Notes: a model not told the origin generated them from the sequence alone. 64,000 bases of DNA from Gammaproteobacteria bacterium (GCA_965222615.1 CBDCUI010000007.1:640001-704000), one strand, 5' to 3'. Shown: positions 24,885 through 35,982, counted from the stretch's first letter. Numbers and translations are program-made.

Positions 24885-25415
24885 ATGGCAATACTAGAAA
24901 TTTTACACTTTCCGGACCCGCGATTGCGAAAAAAGGCACAGCCAGTCGATAAGGTGGATGATCATGTCCGACAGACGGTGAATGATATGTTTGAGACCAT
25001 GTATGCAGCTCCTGGCATTGGGCTAGCCGCGACCCAGGTGAATATTCAACAACAAATTATCGTTATGGATGTCTCGGAAGAAAAAGATACACCATTGTGT
25101 TTGATTAACCCTGAGATTATCACTAAGGAGGGGGATGAAGAAATGCAGGAGGGATGCCTTTCGGTACCAGGAATATTTGAAAATGTTCAACGGGCTGAGA
25201 AAATTACTGTTCGAGCTTTAGATCAAAACGGAGATTCGGTTACTCATGAAGTAGACGGTTTACTAGCAGTTTGCATTCAACATGAAATGGATCATCTGCA
25301 AGGGAAATTATTTGTAGACTATCTATCTCCTCTCAAGCGTGAGCGTATCAAGAAAAAACTGCTTAAACAGCAAAAGTACGAACACCCTTCTCCTCAGCAA
25401 GCCAATGTGATCTAA
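24885..25415 (+). CDS. def: Peptide deformylase
   Basis: [20 protein letters not shown]. Confidence 0.98.
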   Translation: MAILEILHFPDPRLRKKAQPVDKVDDHVRQTVNDMFETMYAAPGIGLAATQVNIQQQIIVMDVSEEKDTPLCLINPEIITKEGDEEMQEGCLSVPGIFENVQRAEKITVRALDQNGDSVTHEVDGLLAVCIQHEMDHLQGKLFVDYLSPLKRERIKKKLLKQQKYEHPSPQQANVI

Positions 25416-25424
25416 CAATACGCA

Positions 25425-26417
25425 TTGTTGCGAGAGCATTTGGCGGTTACTGCCATGACAACAGGTCTCAATATAATATTTGCAGGTACACCGGAGTTTG
25501 CATCCATCTCTTTACGAGCTCTGTTGGCGAGTGAGCACCAAATCATCGCGGTATACACACAACCTGATCGCCCAGCCGGTCGTGGGCAAAATCTGCGTAT
25601 GAGTGCAGTAAAAGAAGTTGCGCTACAAGCAAATATACCGATCTACCAACCCACTACATTTAATGACGATGAATGCTCACGTATCCATGAACTTCAAGCC
25701 GATGTCATATTGGTGAGTGCCTACGGCTTGTTGTTACCTGCCTCGGTGTTAAACGCAACCAAACTGGGTTGTATTAATATCCATGCATCACTGCTTCCAA
25801 AATGGCGTGGTGCCGCACCGATTCAACGCGCAATTATTGCGGGCGATCGAGAAACCGGTATCACCATTATGCAAATGGTTGAAGAGCTGGATGCCGGGCC
25901 CGTGTTGTATCAAAAAAAATGCGCAATCGAACCTATGGATACCGGCGTAACACTGCATGACCGCTTAGCAAAGATCTCTGCAAATGAGATCGCAAATGTA
26001 TTACAACAGCTAAAAAATAAGCTGCTTACACCTGTTCAACAAAATGAGAGTCTGGTGACCTATGCAAAAAAACTGAGCAAACAAGAGGCCAATATTGACT
26101 GGCTGGAAAGTGCAGTGGAAATAGAGCGAAAGGTACGCGCTTTCAATTCATGGCCTGTGGCCTATTCGTACTTGAATGAATCACGAATAAGAATCTGGAA
26201 AGCTGTGGTAAGGAACAATGCTGAAAGTCAGCATAAGCCAGGTACTGTGCTCGAATCGAGTAATGCAGGAATTGCAGTCGCAACAGGTAAAGGCATACTG
26301 CTTATTACTGCGTTGCAGTTATCTGGAGGAAAAGTTATTAACGCAAAAGATTTTAACAATGCACATAACATTACACATCAATGTTTTTATCGTAATGATG
26401 AGGTCGTAGTGTCGTGA
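25425..26417 (+). CDS. fmt: Methionyl-tRNA formyltransferase
   Basis: FAGTPEF, TQPDRPAGRG, NIHASLLPKWRGAAPIQ. True start is probably ATG 25455. Confidence 0.97.
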   Translation: MLREHLAVTAMTTGLNIIFAGTPEFASISLRALLASEHQIIAVYTQPDRPAGRGQNLRMSAVKEVALQANIPIYQPTTFNDDECSRIHELQADVILVSAYGLLLPASVLNATKLGCINIHASLLPKWRGAAPIQRAIIAGDRETGITIMQMVEELDAGPVLYQKKCAIEPMDTGVTLHDRLAKISANEIANVLQQLKNKLLTPVQQNESLVTYAKKLSKQEANIDWLESAVEIERKVRAFNSWPVAYSYLNESRIRIWKAVVRNNAESQHKPGTVLESSNAGIAVATGKGILLITALQLSGGKVINAKDFNNAHNITHQCFYRNDEVVVS

Positions 26418-27010
26418 ATATAACCATGTGTAACACTACTGTGCGCTACATAGTCATTCAATCTGGTCTTTTTTTATCGACTATTCCTTTGCTAATTTTG
26501 TTATCAAGCCAAGTAGATGCAAAAAGTAATGATTTTCAAATAAATTATTTAAATATTACAGAGATTGAAGAAGAACTACGTTTGGATGCAGAGATTGAGT
26601 ATCAATTAAATGATGAAGTTATAGAGGCATTGGCAAATGGAATTTCGATATTGTTTCGAGTTGAAGTTCAAGTAAAGGCTTTACATAAATGGGGTTGGGA
26701 CAAAACTATATCTGAAATTGCACATACCTATGTACTTAATTATCATGCTTTGAGTAAACAATATATTTGGGAAAATCTAGATACGGGAGCAAATGACACG
26801 TTTCCCGATTTAGAATCGGCCCTGGCCCATCAGGGTAATATTTCTGCAATGTATATTGCAGAGATCGCAAAATTAAACAAACAGCAGAAACATTTTGTGC
26901 GTTTACGCTCACGAATGTTGACCGATAAATTACCATTACCATTGCGTATAAAAAGCTATTTTTCTCCTAAGTGGAGATTATCAAGCGGGTGGAATGTATG
27001 GCCATTGTAG
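26414..27010 (+). CDS. DUF4390 domain protein
   Basis: AL.NGI...F, YHALSKQY, LPLPLR...W.L.S.W; typical position upstream of ntrY. Confidence 0.8.
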   Translation: MNITMCNTTVRYIVIQSGLFLSTIPLLILLSSQVDAKSNDFQINYLNITEIEEELRLDAEIEYQLNDEVIEALANGISILFRVEVQVKALHKWGWDKTISEIAHTYVLNYHALSKQYIWENLDTGANDTFPDLESALAHQGNISAMYIAEIAKLNKQQKHFVRLRSRMLTDKLPLPLRIKSYFSPKWRLSSGWNVWPL

Positions 27011-29211
27011 AAAAACAAGTAGTCATTCGCATTTGGCCGATTGTGGTTTTGTTTATCTTGCTTATGGGCTCTTTGTATCTCATGGCAGATGCCACGCGAA
27101 GCGAGACCAGTTTTGCTGAACTGCACTACTGGCTGCTGCCGTTTAATATTTTATTGCTAGCCGTTTTTTTAATTCTAATTGTTTTCAATATTGCTCGGTT
27201 GGTTACACAGGTTATTAAACGCCAACCTGGTTCGAAGCTTACGCTACGTTTGCTGCTCATGTTTGTGTTGTTAGCGATTGTGCCGGTGGGGATTGTGTAT
27301 ACCTTTTCGATTTGGTTGTTACAAGAAGGTGTAGATAGTTGGTTTGATGCAGATGTGGAACAGGCATTGCAAGATTCGGTAGATCTAAGTCGTTCTTCGC
27401 TTGATTTACATATGCGTAAATTACGCCGACAAACAGAGCCCATGATTAATGAATTAGCAGATGCCACCTCATTAGATGCACCGTTGTTAATTAACGATTT
27501 GTTGAGTCGTAGTGGAGCAGCAGAAATAGTATTGTTTGATCGAAGCAGTCGTATTATTGCTTCTGGCGGCGAAGTCGGTGCTGCAGTATTACCACGTTTA
27601 CCTGGTGAAACGGTAATGCGCTTGGTAAGTCAGGGTGAAACCTATGTGGGCTTAGATCCAATTAAAGATTCTGGATTGCACATTCGATTAGTTTTTCCAA
27701 TGCGCTCCAATCGGCCCGGAACAGAAGAGCGCATGGTACAAGTTCTATATCCAATCTCAGATCGAATTAGTGATCTAGCCCTGAATGTGCAAGAAGGCTT
27801 TGGTAAATATAATCAGTTAGTTTATCTACGCACACCCTTGAAGCAAAATTTTAATGTAATTTTGACATTGGTGTTGTTACTCGGTGTGTTGTTTGCGGTG
27901 TGGGCCGCATTTTATTCTGCACGTAGATTGGTGGCGCCTATCAAAGATCTGGCACAAGGCACAAGGGCGGTTGCTGCTGGGCAGTACCACAAGAAATTAC
28001 CGGTTGAGCGACAAGATGATTTGGGCATGTTAGTCGCTTCGTTTAATCAAATGACAGAACGCTTATCACTAGCTCGTGATAAAGCAAAACTAAGTCAACG
28101 GCTTATTGATAGCCAGCGATTATATCTGCAGACGATTTTAGAAAATTTATCGTCAGGTGTGATTAGTTTAGATCAAAACCTCGTTATAAAAACCGCAAAT
28201 GCTACGGCCTCACAAATATTAGGAGAAGATATCAGTCAATTTGTTGGACTCGATATCGCACAATTAACCATGCAACATGAAAATTTGAAAAGTTTTTGTG
28301 ATCAAGTAATACCAATGATTCAAAGTAGTGAAAAGCAATGGCAAACAGAAATCAAATTATTTGATAGAGATCGTACTAAAACACTTATGTGTCGTGGTGT
28401 GACATTACCTGACGATTCTGAACAAAAAGGTGGTTATGCATTAGTTTTTGATGATGTTACGGAGCTTATTCGTGCACAGCGAGATTCTGCTTGGGGTGAA
28501 GTTGCACGGCGTTTGGCACATGAAATAAAAAATCCATTAACACCAATTCAATTATCGGCCGAACGCTTACGGGGCAAAATACTTCCTGATTTAAATGCAC
28601 AAGAAGCTGATATTTTAGACCGAGCCACTAGTACCATTGTGCAGCAAGTCGAGTCAATGAAGGCGATGGTGAATGATTTTGCCGATTATGCGCGTGCACC
28701 ACAGATTGAGATTACACCTTTGGATCTGAACAAGCTCATTGCAGAAGTGATAGAGCTGTACCAAAACAACATCTATAATGTTGCTGTAATCGCATCTTTG
28801 GACGAGACTCCACCCCTTATTAAAGGCGACAATGTACGCTTGCGACAGTTGTTACATAACCTCATTAAAAATGCCTTAGAAGCTATGCATGAAAAAAGCA
28901 ATGCCAAAGTACAATTGACAACGCGTTGTTTTGAAATTAGTGGCGTACCATTTGTTAGCCTTGTAGTAACCGATGATGGTCCAGGATTTCCAATTGATAT
29001 GCTAGAGCGAATTTTTGAACCCTATGTTACAACTAAATCAAAAGGCAATGGTTTAGGGCTTGCAATAGTGAAAAAGATAGTGGAGGAACATGGTGGTACG
29101 ATTATGGCTGAAAATGCTCCCGAACGTGGCGCAAGGATAAAAATTCGTTTACCTATTACCAACATTCAAATTACTAAGACACCGATACAGGTTCAAGGGG
29201 ATGCTGCATGA
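26998..29211 (+). CDS. ntrY: NtrY-like HAMP/PAS sensor histidine kinase
   Basis: TM helices, HAMP, PAS, AWGEVARRLAHEIKNPLTPIQLSAERL H-box, FEPYVTTK..G.GLGL. ATG 26998 preferred to GTG 26971. Confidence 0.9.
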   Translation: MAIVEKQVVIRIWPIVVLFILLMGSLYLMADATRSETSFAELHYWLLPFNILLLAVFLILIVFNIARLVTQVIKRQPGSKLTLRLLLMFVLLAIVPVGIVYTFSIWLLQEGVDSWFDADVEQALQDSVDLSRSSLDLHMRKLRRQTEPMINELADATSLDAPLLINDLLSRSGAAEIVLFDRSSRIIASGGEVGAAVLPRLPGETVMRLVSQGETYVGLDPIKDSGLHIRLVFPMRSNRPGTEERMVQVLYPISDRISDLALNVQEGFGKYNQLVYLRTPLKQNFNVILTLVLLLGVLFAVWAAFYSARRLVAPIKDLAQGTRAVAAGQYHKKLPVERQDDLGMLVASFNQMTERLSLARDKAKLSQRLIDSQRLYLQTILENLSSGVISLDQNLVIKTANATASQILGEDISQFVGLDIAQLTMQHENLKSFCDQVIPMIQSSEKQWQTEIKLFDRDRTKTLMCRGVTLPDDSEQKGGYALVFDDVTELIRAQRDSAWGEVARRLAHEIKNPLTPIQLSAERLRGKILPDLNAQEADILDRATSTIVQQVESMKAMVNDFADYARAPQIEITPLDLNKLIAEVIELYQNNIYNVAVIASLDETPPLIKGDNVRLRQLLHNLIKNALEAMHEKSNAKVQLTTRCFEISGVPFVSLVVTDDGPGFPIDMLERIFEPYVTTKSKGNGLGLAIVKKIVEEHGGTIMAENAPERGARIKIRLPITNIQITKTPIQVQGDAA

Positions 29212-30569
29212 GTCAACAAAATATTCTCGTGGTGGATGATGAGCCTGATATTCGCAATCTCGTTCAAGAGATCCTGATTGATGAAGGCTATCAAGTTAGA
29301 GTTGCAGAAAATACTGCAACTGCTAGACAGCATGCCAACACACTAGCTCCAGATTTAGTATTGCTGGATATTTGGATGCCAAATGAAGACGGCATTAGTT
29401 TGTTAAAAGAATGGCAAGGTAGTGGCAGTATTACTTGCCCAGTAGTCATGATGTCTGGACATGGTACTGTGGAAACAGCAGTCGAAGCGACACGTTTAGG
29501 TGCTTATGACTTTATTGAAAAGCCACTCACTACAGCAAAATTATTGGTAAGTGTAAAACGCGCATTAGATGCTGCAAATGCAAAGGATGATTCTAGCGCT
29601 GGTATTAATCAAATAATTGAAGAGCCGATTGGCTCCAGCATGCAAATAAAAGCGGTACGTGATCAAGCAAAAAAATTGGCACAGCACGATAATATTGTAT
29701 TGATAACTGGTGAACAAGGAGTGGGAAAAAAGACCTTCGCTAATTACGTGCATGCCCTTGGATCGAATAAAGATAAAAAGTTTATCGTTGTAAGTGAAGA
29801 CAACTTTAATGAAAAAGATGCAAGCAAAGAATTATTTGGTGCAGAAGAAGGTGATGTAATTACACCTGGAATTCTCGAATTATGTAAAGGAGGAACAATA
29901 TATATTGATGACGTTGCTAATATCAGTGATCAAGGTCAAAAATTATTATCGCGTATTATTAAACGAATGCAATTTAGTCGTATTGGAGGCAACACACAAC
30001 AAAAGCTTGAAGCACGTATAATTGTAGCTACACAACGCAATTTACAGGAAGAAGTTAAGGCAAATCGTTTTGATGACGAATTATTTTTTCGGCTCAACGT
30101 TGTACCAATTCGCATACCAGCACTTCGTGAGCATGTACAGGATGTGCCTGACTTACTACGTTACTACATTGATTTTTATTGCTCACAAGAAAATTACCCC
30201 TATCGTAGTTTTTCTATTGCAGCGCAAAATCGTTTGTTGCACTACAACTGGCCTGGGAATATTCGAGAATTAAGAAACTTAGTGCAGAGATTACTCATAT
30301 TAAGTACTTCTGATGAAATTTCGGCAGAGGAAATAGAGTTGGCACTAGATGAAAAAACTTCGGTGCAGCCATCTGAAACCTCATGGTATGAAAAGCTTTA
30401 TGAGCTGCCGTTGCGTGAAGCACGAGAATCATTTGAACGAAGTTATTTGTTGCGTCGACTGAAACAGGTAAATGGTAACGTCAGTAAATTGTCAGAAAAA
30501 GTGGGTATGGAACGTACACACTTGTATCGCAAACTCCGCGCCTTGGGCATTAATACCAAGGAATCTTAG
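29208..30569 (+). CDS. ntrX: NtrX-like response regulator (REC-AAA-Fis HTH)
   Basis: LLDIWMP, MMSGHGTVETAV, WPGNIRELRN, ERTHLYRKL; no GAFTGA motif. Confidence 0.88.
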   Translation: MSQQNILVVDDEPDIRNLVQEILIDEGYQVRVAENTATARQHANTLAPDLVLLDIWMPNEDGISLLKEWQGSGSITCPVVMMSGHGTVETAVEATRLGAYDFIEKPLTTAKLLVSVKRALDAANAKDDSSAGINQIIEEPIGSSMQIKAVRDQAKKLAQHDNIVLITGEQGVGKKTFANYVHALGSNKDKKFIVVSEDNFNEKDASKELFGAEEGDVITPGILELCKGGTIYIDDVANISDQGQKLLSRIIKRMQFSRIGGNTQQKLEARIIVATQRNLQEEVKANRFDDELFFRLNVVPIRIPALREHVQDVPDLLRYYIDFYCSQENYPYRSFSIAAQNRLLHYNWPGNIRELRNLVQRLLILSTSDEISAEEIELALDEKTSVQPSETSWYEKLYELPLREARESFERSYLLRRLKQVNGNVSKLSEKVGMERTHLYRKLRALGINTKES

Positions 30570-30786
30570 CCCGCACACTACTTCAAACCACCCGTTAATA
30601 CTTACTGTTGCTTGATAAAATGTACGTTTTAGTAAAGATCGACAATTTCATGATGGGTGGAATATTGATCAACAAGGGTGTAATTGTTGTGGCGATCGAA
30701 TAACACTTGCAATGGCCAAGTAATATCCCCTATGCTGCGCCGCCAGCAATTCACTAAGTAGATAATCGGCTGAGTGAGGAATATTC

Positions 30787-32160
30787 ATGAAAATCATAAT
30801 CTTAGGTGCTGGCCAAGTGGGTGGTTCACTGGCACTCAGCCTCGCCCATGAAGCCAATGATATTACCCTTGTGGATACTGACCCGGGAGTATTGAAAGAT
30901 ATTCAAGACCGAGCAGATTTGCGTACAGTGATAGGTGAAGCCTCACATCCTTCGGTGTTGCAGGGCGCAGGTGCCAAAGATGCCGATATGATTATTGCGC
31001 TTACCAATAGTGACGAGACCAATATGGTGGCTTGTCAAGTCGCCTACACCTTGTTTCATACCCCTACCAAGATTGCGCGGATACGAGCAGTTGAGTACCT
31101 CGCCTACAGTGACTTATTTGTTCAAGAGGCCTTGCCTGTAGATGTATTGATCAGTCCCGAACATTTAATTTCACAATATATACAACGCTTGATTGAACAT
31201 CCTGGTTCCCTACAAGTGCTAGATTTTGCTAACGGCAAAATTAAACTACTCGCAATTCGTGCAGATCGAGATGGTCCACTAATTGGTAAGCATTTACAAG
31301 GAGTGAGTGAGCTGATGCCTGAAACCGTAGCAAAAGTTGTAGCGATCTATCGCAATAATGACTCCATTGCGCTTGACGGTGAGACTGTTATTCAATTCGA
31401 AGATGAAGTGTTTTTCCTGGCATCTTCTGAAAATGCGGCGGCATTGACTACACAATTACGTGGAACAGACAAACCATACAAACGTATATTACTTGCGGGT
31501 GGAGGTAATATAGGATTTCATTTAGCTAAGTCATTGGAAAACAAATACCAAGTTAAAATTATTGAACGTAATCCAGAGCGTACTAAATTTTTATCTGAGT
31601 CGTTAGATAAGACCATTGTATTACAAGGTGATGCTGCTGATCAGGATATGTTGCTAGAAGAGAACATCGAAAACATGGATGTATTTTGCGCACTTACCAA
31701 TGATGATGAAGCAAATATTTTATCTGCGATGTTGGCCAAACGACTGGGCGCAAATAAAGTAATGTCGCTTATCAATCGACCGAGTTACGTAGATTTAGTA
31801 GAAAGTGGCAGCATTGATATTGCAATTTCTCCACAGCAAGTCACGTTAGGTACACTTCTAACTCATGTACGTAAAGGTGATATTGTTGCGGTACATTCTT
31901 TACGTAGAGGCGCTGCAGAAGCAATTGAAGCAGTTGCACATGGAGATAAAAAGACATCAAAAGTTGTGGGGCGTAGCATCGAACAAATTAATCTACCTAA
32001 TGGTGCGACCATCGGTGCAATTGCTCGTGGTGATGAGGTCATTATGGCTGAAGCCGATCTTACCATTGAGCCTGAAGATCACGTAATTATGTTCTTGGCC
32101 GACAAGTCCGGTGTTAGAGAAACAGAACGCTTATTTCAAGTGAGCGCCACATTCATTTAA
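30787..32160 (+). CDS. trkA: Trk potassium uptake NAD-binding subunit
   Basis: MKIIILGAGQVG, second GGGNIG RCK domain, HSLRRGAAEAIE. Confidence 0.97.
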   Translation: MKIIILGAGQVGGSLALSLAHEANDITLVDTDPGVLKDIQDRADLRTVIGEASHPSVLQGAGAKDADMIIALTNSDETNMVACQVAYTLFHTPTKIARIRAVEYLAYSDLFVQEALPVDVLISPEHLISQYIQRLIEHPGSLQVLDFANGKIKLLAIRADRDGPLIGKHLQGVSELMPETVAKVVAIYRNNDSIALDGETVIQFEDEVFFLASSENAAALTTQLRGTDKPYKRILLAGGGNIGFHLAKSLENKYQVKIIERNPERTKFLSESLDKTIVLQGDAADQDMLLEENIENMDVFCALTNDDEANILSAMLAKRLGANKVMSLINRPSYVDLVESGSIDIAISPQQVTLGTLLTHVRKGDIVAVHSLRRGAAEAIEAVAHGDKKTSKVVGRSIEQINLPNGATIGAIARGDEVIMAEADLTIEPEDHVIMFLADKSGVRETERLFQVSATFI

Positions 32161-32302
32161 GGGCACCTCTAAAAATGCACTTTTTTTATGATCGCTACGT
32201 CAGCATGGTGCTCAAATCTTCGTGTATTACTTACACACTCCGGTTTTGCGTACATTGCTTTCTTGTTCTCAAAAAAAAATTACTATTTTTAGAAATACCC
32301 TT
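32159..32302. mobile_element. Palindromic MITE-like element (family B)
   Basis: Ends AAGGGCACCTCTAAAAAT / ATTTTTAGAAATACCCTT; central GTGTATTACTTACAC-ACTCCGG core; abuts the trkA stop. Confidence 0.65.
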
Positions 32303-32370
32303 GCAGCCTAATAATTTGTATTTTGTTAAACACGTTTTAACTGTCTTCTAAAAAAACAAAAATATAACTT

Positions 32371-33822
32371 ATGCAGCGACAGGTTATACAACGCGTTTTA
32401 GGTATATTACTCGCTTGGTTTAGTGTCACGATGTTGCCACCGATATTAGTTGGCATATTATATAAAGACGAGGCAATCACACCTTTTATACTAGCTTTTA
32501 TAGTTACCCTAATTACGGGATTAATTACTTGGTATCCAGTGCGTCAGTATCGTGATGATTTGCGTTTGCGTGATGGTTTTTTAATCGTAGTGTTATTTTG
32601 GACCGTGCTCAGTGCCTTTGGCGCCTTGCCTTTATTATTTAGTCAATCTTTAACGATAGGCATAACCGATGCAGTATTTGAGTCCGTTTCGGGGCTAACC
32701 ACAACTGGTGCCACAGTCATCACCAACCTCGATGAGTTACCTAAATCCTTATTGTTTTACCGACAAATATTACAATGGTTAGGCGGCATGGGAATTATTG
32801 TATTAGCTGTTGCAATATTGCCTATGTTAGGTGTTGGAGGTATGCAGTTATATCGTGCTGAAACACCAGGCCCAGTGAAAGACAGCAAACTCACTCCACG
32901 TATTAAAGAAACGGCTAAAGCACTTTGGTATATCTACTTATCTTTGACGATTGCCTGTGCACTGGGTTATTGGATAGCCGGTATGGATGTCTTTGATGCA
33001 ATCTCGCATAGTTTTTCAACCGTGGCGATTGGTGGATTTTCCACACACAATGAAAGTATCGGATATTTTCGCAGTGCGCCAATCGAAACGGTGTCTATCA
33101 TCTTTATGTTATTGTCCGGACTTAATTTTGGTTTGCATTTTATTACCTGGAAATCGCAGAGTCTGCGCCACTATTTCCAAGATGCAGAATTTAAAACCTA
33201 CTTCTTTGTAATATTCTCAATTACATTCATAACCGCGGTTTTTTTGCGTGTTAATGAAGTGTATCTAAGCTGGGACGATGCCTTTGCTAAAGCAATTTTT
33301 CATGCGGTCTCCATTGGCACTACAACTGGTTTTACTACCTCGCATTATTACTTTTGGCCAAGTTTTTTGCCTTTACTATTGCTGTTAGCGAGTTTTATTG
33401 GCGGTTGTACCGGTTCTACCGGAGGTGGTATGAAGGTGATCCGCGTATTGCTATTGGTGAAACAAGGCCTACGGGAAATGTTACGTCTGATCCATCCAAA
33501 TGCAAAGATCGCGGTGAAAATTGGTTCTAAGGCAGTAGATAGTCGAGTTGTCGAAGCGGTATGGGGGTTTTTCTCGGCATATATAGGTGTATTTGTGGTC
33601 ATGCTATTGCTATTGATGGCCTCTGGCCTTGATCAAGTTACCGCATTTTCTGCAGTAACTGCGACACTGAATAATCTCGGCCCAGGTTTAGGCGAAGTGG
33701 GCGCTAATTACACAAGTATTAACAGTTTTAGCAAATGGGTATTGTGTTTAGGCATGTTGTTAGGCCGATTAGAAATTTTTACTTTGTTAGTGATTCTTAC
33801 TCCCGCCTTCTGGCGTCAGTAG
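32371..33822 (+). CDS. trkH: Trk potassium uptake membrane protein
   Basis: FESVSGLTTTGA, QWLGGMGI, GGFS, GGCTGSTGGG.K, NNLGPG, GRLEIF. Confidence 0.97.
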   Translation: MQRQVIQRVLGILLAWFSVTMLPPILVGILYKDEAITPFILAFIVTLITGLITWYPVRQYRDDLRLRDGFLIVVLFWTVLSAFGALPLLFSQSLTIGITDAVFESVSGLTTTGATVITNLDELPKSLLFYRQILQWLGGMGIIVLAVAILPMLGVGGMQLYRAETPGPVKDSKLTPRIKETAKALWYIYLSLTIACALGYWIAGMDVFDAISHSFSTVAIGGFSTHNESIGYFRSAPIETVSIIFMLLSGLNFGLHFITWKSQSLRHYFQDAEFKTYFFVIFSITFITAVFLRVNEVYLSWDDAFAKAIFHAVSIGTTTGFTTSHYYFWPSFLPLLLLLASFIGGCTGSTGGGMKVIRVLLLVKQGLREMLRLIHPNAKIAVKIGSKAVDSRVVEAVWGFFSAYIGVFVVMLLLLMASGLDQVTAFSAVTATLNNLGPGLGEVGANYTSINSFSKWVLCLGMLLGRLEIFTLLVILTPAFWRQ

Positions 33823-33825
33823 CTT

Positions 33826-33947
33826 GGGAGCCCCGATTTATTCCAATACTTCGTTAAAATATCTGTCAAAATGCGGGACGCGCAAACTGCAAGTACATTC
33901 CGCTTTTTCCACATATTTTGCCTCGTCTTGAAATAAATCAGTGCCCC
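33826..33947. mobile_element. Palindromic MITE-like element (family B)
   Basis: Long imperfect hairpin: GATTTATTCCAATAC/GTCTTGAAATAAATC, AAAATAT/ATATTTT, AAAATGCGG/CCGCTTTT; core GTACATTCCGC. Confidence 0.65.
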
Positions 33948-33964
33948 TTTAAATTTGTATCTAT

Positions 33965-34543
33965 ATGGATAAGAAGGCTAAACAGAAATGGAATCGAATT
34001 TATAGTGATCGTAACGAAACTTCGATAACACCCGCGTATGTATTGTCAGAATTTCAATACCTTTTGCCGAACTCGGGAACTGCACTGGATGTTGCCTGTG
34101 GTCTAGGTGGCAATGCTATTTTTTTAGCACAACAAGGCTTACAAACTCATGCATGGGATATTTCTGAACAAGCCATTAAAAAACTTTCACAATTTTGTAA
34201 ACAGAATGACATTGATCTTATCGCTTCAGTACGTGATGTGCAGGAATGTCCACCTGCTGTAAACTCTTTCGACGTGATCTGTGTAAGTTATTTTCTTGAA
34301 CGCGGAATTACTGAGAATATAATTACTGCACTGAAACCTAGTGGTTTATTGTTTTATCAAACATTTCTTGCTGAACGTGTAACTGAACATGGACCACGTA
34401 ATCCAGAATATCGTTTAGATCAGAATGAACTATTAAAAATGTTTACACCATTACATATTTTAGTTTATCAAGAGCTGGGGCGTGTTGGAGATATTAGGCA
34501 AGGCCAGCGTGATTGTGCATTGCTAGTTGCACAAAAACGCTGA
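33965..34543 (+). CDS. Class I SAM-dependent methyltransferase (TehB-like)
   Basis: ALDVACGLGGNA motif I, WDIS, FDVICVSYFLER, LKPSGLLFYQTF. Confidence 0.85.
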   Translation: MDKKAKQKWNRIYSDRNETSITPAYVLSEFQYLLPNSGTALDVACGLGGNAIFLAQQGLQTHAWDISEQAIKKLSQFCKQNDIDLIASVRDVQECPPAVNSFDVICVSYFLERGITENIITALKPSGLLFYQTFLAERVTEHGPRNPEYRLDQNELLKMFTPLHILVYQELGRVGDIRQGQRDCALLVAQKR

Positions 34544-34591
34544 TTAAATCTGATAAGTTTCAAAACACCAATCCTCTACTCAAAAAATTGA

Positions 34592-35548
34592 ATGGCACTA
34601 CTTGAACTTTATCCTGCGCTCGATCCATATCACGAGTTTCAGCTTAAAGTAAGCGATCTACATACTTTATGGATAGAAGAGTCCGGCAACTCAAACGGAA
34701 CACCCATTGTGTTTTTGCATGGTGGGCCTGGTGCTGCGTGTGAAAAGTTTCAGCGACGATTTTTCGATCCGCAACAGTATCGAATTATCTTGTTCGATCA
34801 ACGTGGTTGCGGTCGTTCTACGCCGCATGCAGAGCTACGCGAGAATACCACACAAAATTTGGTCGCCGATATTGAGCACATTAGAAACCATTTAAATATC
34901 GATCGATGGCTAGTGTTTGGCGGTTCTTGGGGTTCGACTTTGGCACTTGCTTATGCGCAGGCACATGCAAACCATGTGTTAGGTTTGATATTAAGAGGGA
35001 TATTTCTGTGTCGCAAACGCGATATTCAGTGGTTTTATCAAGAAGGCGCAAGTTATATTTACCCTGATCTGTGGCAGGACTATATTCAAGTCATACCTGA
35101 ACAAGAGCGTGATGATTTAGTTACCGCATTTTATAAACGTTTGACCTCAGCTGATAAAAACATTCAACTTGAGGCAGCACGTGCTTGGTCGATTTGGGAA
35201 GGACGTACTTCAAACTTAGTTACAAAATCTTCCGTACTCGATCATTTTGCAAGTGACAATATTGCTTTAAGTCTTGCACGTATTGAATGTCACTACTTTA
35301 TAAACGATTCGTTTTTAGAAAAAGATCAATTACTGCTGAATGCAAATAAACTTAAGGATATTCCTGGAGTAATTGTACATGGACGCTATGACGTAGTGTG
35401 TCCTATTGAACAGGCCTATGCTCTACATCAAGTATGGCCAAAAGCTGAATTTATAATTGCACCCCACTCAGGACATTCTGCTACCGAACCTGAGATTGTC
35501 GATGCACTAGTAAGAGCAACACAACAATTTATTTCAGCAAAAATATGA
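34592..35548 (+). CDS. pip: Proline iminopeptidase
   Basis: LHGGPG, DQRGCGRSTP, GGSWGSTL nucleophile elbow, GRYDVVCP, GHS. Confidence 0.96.
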   Translation: MALLELYPALDPYHEFQLKVSDLHTLWIEESGNSNGTPIVFLHGGPGAACEKFQRRFFDPQQYRIILFDQRGCGRSTPHAELRENTTQNLVADIEHIRNHLNIDRWLVFGGSWGSTLALAYAQAHANHVLGLILRGIFLCRKRDIQWFYQEGASYIYPDLWQDYIQVIPEQERDDLVTAFYKRLTSADKNIQLEAARAWSIWEGRTSNLVTKSSVLDHFASDNIALSLARIECHYFINDSFLEKDQLLLNANKLKDIPGVIVHGRYDVVCPIEQAYALHQVWPKAEFIIAPHSGHSATEPEIVDALVRATQQFISAKI

Positions 35549-35982
35549 TCGTACTTTTACAGCGTGTACTTACAGCCAGCGTCGTGGTCGATAACAAGAC
35601 GATCGCATCTATTGAACAAGGAGTTTTGCAATTTGTTGCAGTTCAAAAGCATGATGACGAAGATACCATTACACGCATGTGTGAACGTGTTTTAGGGTAT
35701 CGAATATTTGCCGACGATCAAGATAAGATGAATAAAAATGTCATGGATATAAAAGGGGATATTTTAGCGGTGCCACAGTTCACGCTTGCGGCAGATACCA
35801 ACAAAGGGATGCGGCCAAATTTTTCTCACGCAGCTCCACCAGATATTGGCCGCACATTATTCGACTATTTTTTGAGCACACTAAAGTCGAAGTATGCTAG
35901 AGTTAAAGCCGGTAAATTTGGAGCCAATATGCAGGTACAATTGACCAATGATGGTCCGGTTACCTTTTGGCTACAAAATTAA
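35545..35982 (+). CDS. dtd: D-aminoacyl-tRNA deacylase
   Basis: LQRV, RIF.D...KMN, PQFTL, FGANMQVQLTNDGPVT. Confidence 0.96.
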   Translation: MIVLLQRVLTASVVVDNKTIASIEQGVLQFVAVQKHDDEDTITRMCERVLGYRIFADDQDKMNKNVMDIKGDILAVPQFTLAADTNKGMRPNFSHAAPPDIGRTLFDYFLSTLKSKYARVKAGKFGANMQVQLTNDGPVTFWLQN

